37,848 bases of DNA from Octopus sinensis (Eukaryota). This document shows positions 11,595 to 21,774 of this stretch, one piece after another. Below the pieces are notes generated by a model. The model was not told the DNA's origin, searched no databases, and saw only the letters and a program-made list of their open reading frames with translations. Within the stretch, counting starts at the first letter, position 1. The number at the start of each line of letters is the position of its first letter. The position numbers and the translations under genes were made by a program. The stretch covers positions 1 to 37,848 of the forward strand of contig NW_021835839.1 of the NCBI RefSeq assembly GCF_006345805.1, written 5' to 3'.

Positions 11595-11780
11595 TGAACC
11601 GCTGAACTCAACACCGTTTTTTTCTCTCTGTCCACCATATTTTTCTCTTATTCCTTTTCGTCGAAGAGCGTAGGCTCGAAACGTAAACAACTTTTCTATT
11701 TTTCCCGAGCGTTAAACTAATACACCTACTTGTTCCTACACCTGCTTTCGCCTTTTGTTTCTCTGTAAATTTGAACTATA
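11591..11780 (+). mobile_element. Penelope-like 3' fragment with degenerate hammerhead, between (TA)n tracts
   Basis: tcgtcga-a-gagc-gtag-gctc-gaaa-cg-ta at ~11659-11685; same architecture as the motif at 31925-31952 on the minus strand. Confidence 0.55.
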
Positions 11781-11790
11781 TATGTGTGTA

Positions 11791-11834
<44 letters not shown>

Positions 11835-11835
<1 letters not shown>

Positions 11836-11995
11836 TTTATTTAAAGCAGCAAAAACTGTCCGATGAACGGCAATGGGAAACTCAGAGTAACAGGTTTTGT
11901 TGAATTTTCTGCTGCTTTAAATAAAGCATATTACTTACCCACTGGTATTTGAGTACTCTTTTTTTCCACCTTGTTTCATATTATGCGTTTACTCC

Positions 11996-11997
<2 letters not shown>
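11835..11997 (+). mobile_element. Penelope-like cassette with 17-bp inverted repeat and hammerhead, between (TA)n tracts
   Basis: ctttatttaaagcagca (11835-11851) pairs with tgctgctttaaataaag (11910-11926) and encloses the hammerhead motif. Confidence 0.65.
11851..11898 (+). ncRNA. Type I hammerhead ribozyme-like motif (CCGAUGA core)
   Basis: Stem I aaaaactgt/acaggtttt; core 11860-11866; weak stem II with GCAA loop; GAAA 11877-11880; stem III CUC-A-GAG; GUA triplet ending at 11889. Confidence 0.55.
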
Positions 11998-12035
<38 letters not shown>

Positions 12036-12653
12036 GTGCACACGTATTTCCAGCTACGGATGGTCCGGTGCCTTCTGTAATACGGAAAATTTACAAGCAA
12101 GAACTTGAAATTCTTGTTGCTGATAGTCTTATTTAGTGGGTCGTAAATGGCTTTGGAAGCCATTAGATTATAATACATAAAATAAATCATAATTAAATAA
12201 TAAATAAATAAATAAATAAACAATACGTGGAGTACATGGTCACCTGCCCTGTGTATCCATGCTTAAAGATGGCGCTGCTCGTAATCCGTGTCCCGTTTTA
12301 GCGTTTTGCGTCATTTGACGTGGTTGAACAGCAACCAAAGTTAGTGTCCTTTGAAAGTTTTTCCCATTGGATTTAAGGTATTTTGTGCCTCATTTCGGAA
12401 CTTGCTTGAGCGATCTCGGTATCTCTTCTTTTAGCCTCGCTGTCATCTCCCTCCCGTTTGTTGTTTAGTTTTGGTATAAAAGACTGATTAGTGAAGACAG
12501 GTCTCAAGCTTGTATCTTGTGTACGAAGTATCTTTTCCGTCTCAGCAGTGTTGTGCTTACCATGTCTTAGAAATTTGGCATACTTTACTAATTGAAGGAT
12601 TTTTCTGTTAGTCACGAAAGGCTTCAATTTGTTTTCTGTAACTCTAGTACAGT

Positions 12654-12958
12654 TGCTGTTTGTTCCTTCTTGGGCCACGCGTAGTTCATAAGGGCCGGTT
12701 TCCCGATTTCCTTGGCGTATAGATCCCCCAGCTGAACGGGACGCCGGTCCGTCGCAGGTGAGCTGCAGGATGCAGGAGGAAAGATTGAGAGAAAGTTGTG
12801 GCGAAAGAGTCAGCAGAAGTTCGCCATTACCTTCTGGCGGAGCCGTGTAGAGCTTAGGTATTTCACTCATAAACACACACATCGCCCGGTCTGAGATTCG
12901 AACCCTCGATCCCTCGACCGCGATCCGCTGCTCTAACCACTAGGCCATGTGCCTCCAC
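12654..12958 (-). mobile_element. SINE family D (tRNA head plus V-domain-like segment), full length with TSD
   Basis: A box tggcctagtgg and B box ggttcgaatct; cctgcgacggaccggcgtcccgt segment; 14-bp TSD aactc(t/c)agtacagt at 12640-12653 and 12959-12972. Confidence 0.9.
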
Positions 12959-13356
12959 AACTCCAGTACAGTATCCAGATTCAACATCAGTTTGAGGTCA
13001 AAGGAATGATCCATATTGTGGAGATTTCGCTGAAAAGCGAATGTTGATTTGGCTTTGTATAGTTTGGTCTTGGTGTCTTTGTGTCTTGAGAAGCCATTTG
13101 AAACGTACCCCCCCCCCCGCCACTGGTATTTCCAATGCACAGCGGATTGCTTCAGTACGCTTCCAAGATGAGAATGGTCATCGTGGCAATAGACTGACCG
13201 TAGGCATTTAATAGCGTAGTTTCTGCCTCACCTAATCAACTATGTTAATCAAAGACCATAGTTAATAATTTGCACTCTTAAATTTATCTGTGAACCCATT
13301 GATATTCCACGGTTTTAATAGAAAAACAGCCACCAAATATTGAAGATCAATAAAAC

Positions 13357-13439
<83 letters not shown>

Positions 13440-13490
13440 TCTCTCGGTATTGAATAATTGTCACATATTATTTTACAGATATATATATTT

Positions 13491-13538
<48 letters not shown>

Positions 13539-14489
13539 TTATATAATATATGTCGAAAATAAAATAAGAAATTTTGTTAATTCGTCGTTCAACTCCATTC
13601 TTTCATTTATATATATATATATATATATATATAAGTATATGTATGTATATTATATATCGATATATATATATGTATACATACAAACACACACATGCGAACA
13701 CACCATATACATATTCATATACAAAGTGCCAATATATGTATACACACCCCTAACCACACACACACGCATACATATATAGTATATATATATATATATATAT
13801 AGACACATACACAGTACTTAATTACATATATACAACATAACAAAATGAATCGAATAAACTTACCAAATGACTGGAACCACTAGAATGGAATATTTTACTG
13901 ATTCCGGAGTTGAGGATAAACATAATTTCTCATCAAAGCATATCATATTTTAATTCCCTCCCATACGAATGCTAATGGCGGTCGCACATACGAATATACA
14001 TCGCTCACTCTTTCTCACGTCCATACAGATACACACGGCTAATTGCCGCTCCTGCGCGTTTGTGTGTGGTGTGTGAGCGCGTCAAAAGTGTTCGTATGTG
14101 TGTGAGCGTATGTGTGCACGTTATTGTAACGTTCGTTTGAATCTCTCTCTCTCCTTGCACACACACACACACGCACACACTCACACACTTTTACCTTTCC
14201 AAGGAATGACATTCGTCACACCACAGAAAGTTTGCTAGTGCATGCAACCTCCTTTTCCTCCTCTCTTTCTCTCTCTTCCGCGTGTTCCTCTTCCTTCTCC
14301 CTCCTCCTCTTTCTCTTCCTCTCCCTCCTCCTCCTCCTCCTCCTCCTCATCTCAACAAAGCAAAGGTTTAAGGTGGCAAACTCCTTCAAGTAACAAAAAT
14401 AGTATAGAACGTTGCGGTTTGTCTGGACATTTCTTTTGTACCTGTCTAAGAGTGATGAAGACCTTGACTTTGTTTGGTTCGCCTTTCAG

Positions 14490-14549
14490 ATCGAACACGG
14501 CGTTTGGCTGCTATCTATAACGGTAAGCAGAGTGTTGAGTGTGATTCAG
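14490..14549 (+). CDS. Candidate small exon with two alternative donors (33 nt or 60 nt); coding status unknown
   Basis: Branch-like cttgac at ~14463-14468; tttgtttggttcgcctttcag acceptor (AG 14488-14489); donors ACG/GTAAGC (14523) and CAG/GTGAGC (14550). Confidence 0.35.
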
Positions 14550-14774
14550 GTGAGCATCTTATCAGTTGAAGATAGGAGAGCTACTCCACGATAGTTTTGT
14601 CTGTCACTCTCAATACACACACATTTATATGGCACACACATATGCATATGTGTGTTTATATAATGATTTAGTTGATAGTTCTCTAGGTTAAGACATGAGC
14701 AAAACGGGAGAGGAAATCAACAAAAACATGATTATAAAGTAAATGCAATTATGCTATGCAGGAGAGAAAGATAT

Positions 14775-14990
14775 CGACGTTTCGGACAACTTTACTTTGT
14801 CAATAGAAGAAAGAAGAGAGACAAAAATGTAATGTGGGATTTGCGTTTCGGAGAGTTGTCCTTTATCAAGATAGAAGGAAGAAGGGAGAAGAGAAAGAAA
14901 AAATGTATGAGTGATTTATGTTTTGGAGAGCTGTCGTATATCATGATAGAATGAAGAAATGAAAGAAAAAATTTGATGTGCGATTTAGAG
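14775..14990. repeat. Degenerate ~66-75 bp purine-rich tandem repeat, about 3 copies
   Basis: ttt(c/t)gga at 14780, 14846 and 14921, each followed by atagaa and a GA-rich run. Confidence 0.6.
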
Positions 14991-15569
14991 ATGAAAGATG
15001 CAGGAATTGGACGCGGGAGGTGAGTAGGGCAGAGTTAATTGATTCTCGAGAAGAATAAATTATGGCAAGGTAAGTAAGCGTCAGAGAAGTAATGTAGGTG
15101 AGAAAGTGTTTATGGATTTGAGTGTGTATGCGTGAGATGGAAAGAGTAGATTCAAGCGCGGGAGAAAATCGCGCGCGCGAGTGGGTTTAAATGAAAAGTG
15201 GGGTAACTTAAGTGCATTTGTAGGTGTTTATCAGTATTAGTGCATATGAATGAGGTGAGAGGAAAACAAATCGGTTATTAATTTGAGATGGAGTGCTCTA
15301 CCGGAAAGGAAGATTTAACTGTTGCACCCGTGACAAGGTCACACACACACACACACACACACATGCATATCTATACACACACACATATCTATACACATAC
15401 ACATATATATGCATTCATATATATCTATATATAATTTTACGCATTTACATGTATATATATATATATACATGTATACACAATTCTCTCTTTCTCCTCTCTA
15501 TCTCTTTCTCTTTCTCTCATTATATATATACAAATATGCATGCTTATAAAAAACAAATATATATTATAT

Positions 15570-15604
15570 ATACATATATGTATATAAGTATATATCTTTA
15601 TACA

Positions 15605-15640
<36 letters not shown>

Positions 15641-15647
15641 TTATACA

Positions 15648-15692
<45 letters not shown>

Positions 15693-15712
15693 ATATATAT
15701 ATACATATATAT

Positions 15713-15745
<33 letters not shown>

Positions 15746-15778
15746 TATACTATTACATATTATATATATAATATATAT

Positions 15779-15816
<38 letters not shown>

Positions 15817-15863
15817 ATATATAGAATATATATATATATATATATAACATATATATATATATA

Positions 15864-15895
<32 letters not shown>

Positions 15896-15914
15896 AACAT
15901 ATATATCTAATATA

Positions 15915-15947
<33 letters not shown>

Positions 15948-15975
15948 GTATATATATATATACATGTATGTACGT
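15570..15975. repeat. Long imperfect (TA)n microsatellite
   Basis: Direct inspection. Confidence 0.95.
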
Positions 15976-16665
15976 ATACACATATATAAACACATTTAAA
16001 TACTGCAATATTAAACTCTATAAATGTAAATATGTATATACCATACATATGAATATTTGTATATAAGTGTGAGTTTGTTTCTGCTTCGTGTGTGCGCGCG
16101 TGTGCTCACTGTATATGCGTATATGTTGTATATATACATGTGTGTGTGTGTGTGTGTCTCAACAGACAATGCATGCATAGATGGCTGTACGTTCATTTGT
16201 GTTAGAAAACACGCAAGCGCGCAATTATACATCTAACCAGCTCTGTGGCAACACTCGCGTCTGATGACGTACCAACAAACAATGGCGCTCTAGCAAGAGG
16301 GTCACTTAAGAGGTTATTGTCAATATTTTCTAAATCAACTCGAGTGGACAGACTGAATTACATCCTTCACAAAGCTGATAAATTTATGATAATTAATAAT
16401 TGCATTTGATATTGGTCTTTGATGATTGCATATATTTAGGTTTATCTCTCCAATAGAGCGTGAACTTATTTTCAAAACCAAATAACTGATTTGAAAACCA
16501 TAATAGCCCTCAATGTAAATAGTTATCTACTGTTCTTTGTTGGCCGGTTTGTCTGTTTGAAAGGCATTTTGTTCGTCTGTTTGTTTGATCAACTCAACCC
16601 TCCACTCATCTTCTCCATCCTAGTCTTTCTTTCGATCTGTTAGCTTGTCCGTCTGTCCATCCATC

Positions 16666-16667
16666 TG

Positions 16668-16763
<96 letters not shown>
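16666..16763. repeat. (CTAT)n array, 5' flank of the Tx1 element
   Basis: Direct inspection. Confidence 0.95.
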
Positions 16764-19700
16764 GTAAGTAACCCTCTGTATTCTAATTCATTAGAACTAT
16801 GATCAAGATTGGTTGTGTAAATGCGCGTGGCTTGGGGTCCCCTTGGAAACAAGGGTACCTCTTAAATGACATAAAGTCACATAAGTTAGAAATCATAGCC
16901 ATAAGCGAGACCAGACTCCACAATCCGCGGGCCCTAAAGACCATGTTTGGCGGACAGTTCAACATTTATTTTTCCCCCTGTCTGCCGAGAATGGGCGGTA
17001 GTGGCACCGCGGTACTTTTTCACAAGAGTCTGGATCTCAATGTAAGGACAATATTCGTAGACCCGGAGGGTAGACTGGTCGTCCTGGATGTCGACGGCAG
17101 CAATGGGTGCGCTTTTCGGCTCGTATCAGTTTACGCACCGCCCTTAACAGGTCGGGCGGATTTCTTTCAACGTCTAGAAGTTTTCTTGGGAACGTCTCGT
17201 CCTTTACTCTTAGTGGGGGATTGGAATGCTACCTTGGACACGCATGTAGACTACGTGGGTAGAGATAGGAATAGACGGGGATGCAAATGCCTCAGAGACC
17301 TGCTCAGACGCTTTCAACTGTCTGACAGGTTTCGACTAGACCACCCGAATGCGCCAACGTGGACATGGAGCAACCGCATCGGGTCGTCGAGATCGTATCT
17401 AGATAGGATACTGTGTAGGACAGTAGATAGAGATAGCATAGGATGTCCACAATTCCACATAGTCAGCTACACGGATCACAAACTTGTGACATGTACGCTA
17501 GACTTAGGTAAGACACTTAGGCAGGGTCCCGGATACTGGAAACTAAACGCGTCTTTCCCATCGAGACAGTTTTCAGAGACCGGATTAGCACACTAGTAAA
17601 GAGGGCTTTGACGGGAGCCATCATCAACAACAAATGGTGGTTTGCCCTCAAGAGAGCAGTAAAAGCAGAAGCGATTAGGTACAGCAAAGCACTAGCCATA
17701 GATAGAAATAGAGTAGAGGGTGAGCTAGTTAAGAAGCTAGAAGAGGCAATTAGAAGCGGCATCGCATCCGACGTTTTGGCGGCGAGGTTGGCCCTCGACC
17801 AACACTTCAACGCCAAACACGAAGGATGTGCTGTCAGAGCTAGGATGCGTGCTCTAAGGAACGAAGGTGTTGGAGCCGCGAGAGAGGCCCGGGTGGCAGA
17901 GGCGCAACAGGGCAACAAAGCCACCATTCGGTCACTGGTAGATGAACAGGGGCGCGAATTGCTCGAGCCAAGTAAAATGTGTGAGGCCTTTCAGCAGCAT
18001 TTTGACCGACTGTTCGGAACGAGTGGAGGGCAAGAACGTAGGGTGGACTTCAGTGCCTACCTACATAGCCTACCACGACTCTCGACAAGAAGGCAGGGTG
18101 CTGCGAAGGTGCCATCACGGCGGCGGAAGTGCGGGAAGCGATGGCAGAATGCTCGAGGGACAAATCACCGGGTTTGGATGGTCTACCCTACGAGCTTTAC
18201 AATTGTATGCCAGACTTGTTTGGAGATCTCTTGGCGGCGGTGTACTGCAACTGGCAGCAAAACGGGAGCATTCCTGGTTTTGTGAGCCGAGGAGCCGTAA
18301 CACTGCTGAAGAAAGATCTAAACAAGGGAAATGTAATATTAACTTTAGGCCCATCACTCTGCTTAATGCAGACTTGAAAATTTTGGCCAAGGTGCTGCTA
18401 GCCAAGAGGTTGGCGCTTGTCATCGAGAAACTGGTCGACAAGGCGCAAACATGCGCCGTGCCAGGCCGGACCATCCATGACAACCTCCATCTGATGCGCT
18501 ACATCATAGACAGGGTAGTTAACGAACCTGGCATGGGTGGGGCCCTGATCAACTTGGATCAATCAAAAGCCTTTGATAGGGTAGACCATCGATACTTGGA
18601 GGCAGTCCTGAGAGCGGCTGGTTTCGGTCCCGTCTTCCGCGGCTGGATAGCTGCCTTGTACAGAGGCATCCGTTCGGTAATTCGCGTAAATGGACATCTA
18701 TCGAGACCTTTCGACATTGCACGTTCGGTCCGTCAGGGATGCCCCCTCTCGGCGCTTCTATACGTATTGACTCTTGAGCCACTACTTGCGAAGCTGGCGA
18801 CTCTAAGGGGCATCCCGCGAGAATTGGGATGCGGGACGAGCGTGTCTGCATACGCGGACGACGTCACCGTCATAGTGTCTAGCCACGAGCACATGAGCTG
18901 GTCGGCGAGACACTGAAAGACTACGAAGCGGTGACAGGAGCGAAAATCAACCGGGAAAAGTCAGTGGCTTGCGACTAGGCACCTGGAGAAGCAAGCCCAT
19001 GCCGTCCACCAGCGCCTCCGTCGTGGACGCTGGACCGACGGCCCGTTGAGTTGCTCGGGGTCTGGTTTGGTCCGGACCTCCAAGTGGAGAAGAACTGGAA
19101 CGAGATAACGAGTAGGGTGGTCACTCTCGCCCGGCAATGGGCCGAGAGGAACTGTCCCTAAAAGTCGAGCGGAGGTGGCGAACACGTACATCGCGTCCGT
19201 CATCTCTACTACTACCGCCTGACCGTCGTACCTTGTCCCGACCCTACCATCACCAAACTACAACGCATCCTCTTTCGCTTCTTGTGGAAAGGATGCGTCC
19301 CGATGGTCAGGCGATCCATTTGCTGTCAACACCCGTTAAAAGGAGGGCTGGGCATGCCGTGGTTGATGATGCGCAGACACGCGCTGAGACTGCGACATCT
19401 CTGGCTATTGACGACGGTGAACAGGTGTGGTCGCCGTTTGTGAGGCACGCTTTCCCGCAGCTCGTCTCCATGACCGAACTGCAGTCGTGGATTAAAAAGA
19501 GGCCGAGGAAGGGCGAATGGCACCGCGAGTGTCGCGTTGCTCTCAAGCAACTCTGCCGTCCTGGGTCGACCTTAAGTGACTTCAACACAACCAAAGCATT
19601 CTATAGGGGTTTAGTGGAGGGGAGGTACGACGACGAGCTCGGGGCGAACCTGGACGTCGACGAGGAGTACCTGACCCGCCTGTTCGGGACGACTTTCGGG

Positions 19701-20635
19701 CCAGGGCCCATGGACAACTTCCAGAGATCCCTGGCCTGGCAGTGCTACCGAGAAGCGCTACCCGTTCGGGATAAGCTCTACAGACACGGCTCGAGAAACA
19801 CGGGGCCGACCTGCCCGAGATGCGGTCAGAGCGACGAAACCGTTCTGCACGCACTCGTTCAGTGTCCAACAATTTCCGACCTGTGGCTTATGTCGAACAA
19901 CTGCTGTCACGTGTGGGACGAGTCGGTTTATCAGCTGAGTCTATCGTCAATATTGTCACCACCTCCTCCTTCCTTCAAACGGGAAGGAAGAGCTATTTTC
20001 ATCATCCTTGTGGCTATGGCGAAAGAATGTATCTGGTGGACGCGTCTGAAAGGATTGGAGACAAACACTTTCCTCTCTGGTCAATCTCTCATCAACTTCT
20101 TCAAGTACCACTTGAAAAGGAAAGTGAGAGTAGAGAGGCAAGTTTTGTCTAGCGAATGTTTTAAAAAAGATGGGTGAATGTAGCAAGAATGGCACGTATG
20201 AATGACGAAGCCACCTTGAGCATAGTCCTATGAACCCAGAAATCGAAAACAGAGAGTTGCTTATTTGCAAAAAAAAAAAAAAAAAAAAAAAGAAATATAA
20301 AATGTGACTTCATTGACCGAGGTTACCGTGGTCTTTTCCGCAGGCTTTTCTTTCCACGGGTAAACCTCACCTGTCCTCCCCTTTACACTTCATATTGACA
20401 TTTCTGTGATAACGATCCCTATTGATCATTTTTTTTTCCTCTCCCCCCCCCCTTTTTTTTTTTTTTTTTTTACCCCCCCTTATTTTTGTCCTCTTTCTCT
20501 CCTTTTACGATCCCTTTTGATCGAACCTCCCCCCTTCCTTTTTTTTTTTTTTTTTTTTTTTTAATACCTTCAAAGAAAAGCTCTACCTTGTAATTTGTTC
20601 TATCTGTGTGCAGCCCTGTGTGGCTAATAAAGAAA
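16764..20635 (+). mobile_element. L1/Tx1-clade non-LTR retrotransposon lacking ORF1
   Basis: APE, RT and CCHC ORF2 with the PGYWKLN motif typical of L1/Tx1; ~400-bp 3' UTR; AATAAA at 20626-20631 then gaaa; (CTAT)n on both sides. Confidence 0.9.
16799..20233 (+). pseudogene. LINE ORF2 (APE endonuclease, reverse transcriptase, zf-RVT-like CCHC), frameshifted in this sequence
   Basis: NARGL, IAISET, GDWNA, SYLDRIL and TDHKLV (APE); SPGLDGLPYELY, NFRPITLLNADLK, DQSKAFDRVDH, RQGCPLS and YADD at 18851-18862 (RT); CPRCGQSDETVLHALVQC at 19812-19865; stop TGA 20231-20233. Confidence 0.9.
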
Positions 20636-20636
20636 C

Positions 20637-20657
20637 ATATCTATCTATCTATCTATC

Positions 20658-20721
<64 letters not shown>

Positions 20722-20746
20722 CTATCGTCATCTATCTATCTATCTC

Positions 20747-20797
<51 letters not shown>

Positions 20798-20805
20798 GTC
20801 TGTCC

Positions 20806-20892
<87 letters not shown>

Positions 20893-20960
20893 GTCTGTCC
20901 ATGTATCTATCTGTCTTTCTGTCTGTCTGTCTTGCAATCTATGTCTATCTACCTTTTTAT
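20637..20960. repeat. (CTAT)n/(CTGT)n array, 3' flank of the Tx1 element
   Basis: Direct inspection. Confidence 0.95.
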
Positions 20961-21154
20961 CTACCTATCTGTCTGCCTGCCTATCATTTATCTACAAATA
21001 CACAGACATATATATCCGTATCTATACCTGTATATAAAGTTTTATATATATATATATTTATATAAAGTAATGCTTATTTCCGCTTCAACATCGTTGTTCC
21101 ATACGAACCGACGTCACTACCAATTTTAACCCCAAGAGGAAGCTTCCTCTAGCT

Positions 21155-21359
21155 GGTTATCCAAGCAATCTGCACCCGACATATATTGTAAGTAGGGGAG
21201 CGAATCTCTACCATCTTCTACCGACTTGACAGGGGCAGCAGACCCTCTCACAATAACCCGAAACCTGACGGTCTGCTAGTCATGTCAAATCGCTAGAAAA
21301 TGGTAGAGGTTCGCTCCCCTGCTTGCAATATATGTAGGGTGCAGATTGCTTGAATAAAC
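21155..21359. repeat. Long inverted repeat (90-bp arms, ~86% identity, 25-nt loop), MITE/foldback-like
   Basis: 21155-21244 is the reverse complement of 21270-21359 with about 13 mismatches. Confidence 0.8.
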
Positions 21360-21774
21360 ATGGATAAGCAGTTACGTAATAACATGAAATTAGTTATCCG
21401 AGGGTAAGAATTCAAGTAAAGTAACCCCGAAAAGGGCTTTAATGCGTTCCCAGAGAACTTAGGAGGAAATATCAATGTATCGTGAAGCATGTTACGTAAT
21501 AATAGGCTAATAATAGGATATGAGATAATAACAATTCAAATTAAATAACTGTGAAAAGGGCTTTTGTGCGTTCCCAGAGAATATTACTCTCAGGGGCGCT
21601 AGTGTTGAAATAGATTTACAATGAATGTTGAAACAGACTGACATTTAGTTTTACTGTAGACATACAAATAAATTTGCAAATGGATTTTAAAATAAAATAA
21701 CATGTAGATTATCAATACATTTACAACACTAACTGTGTTGATGTTTTCATCAAGGCAACTATCAATACGAATTA

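Noticed and set aside
12900-12958. tRNA genes at SINE heads (also 1514, 10030, 34450)
   Set aside because: A and B boxes are present, but there is no complete cloverleaf and each continues into a SINE body.
12035-13250. Possible decayed LINE ORF1/APE start on the minus strand around the family D SINE (KNFKFLLVNF)
   Set aside because: Only a faint resemblance to an APE N-terminus; the 169-aa ORF is half SINE sequence.
17517-20270. Antisense and alternative-frame ORFs over the LINE
   Set aside because: Shadow ORFs caused by the GC-richer coding sequence and frameshifts of ORF2.
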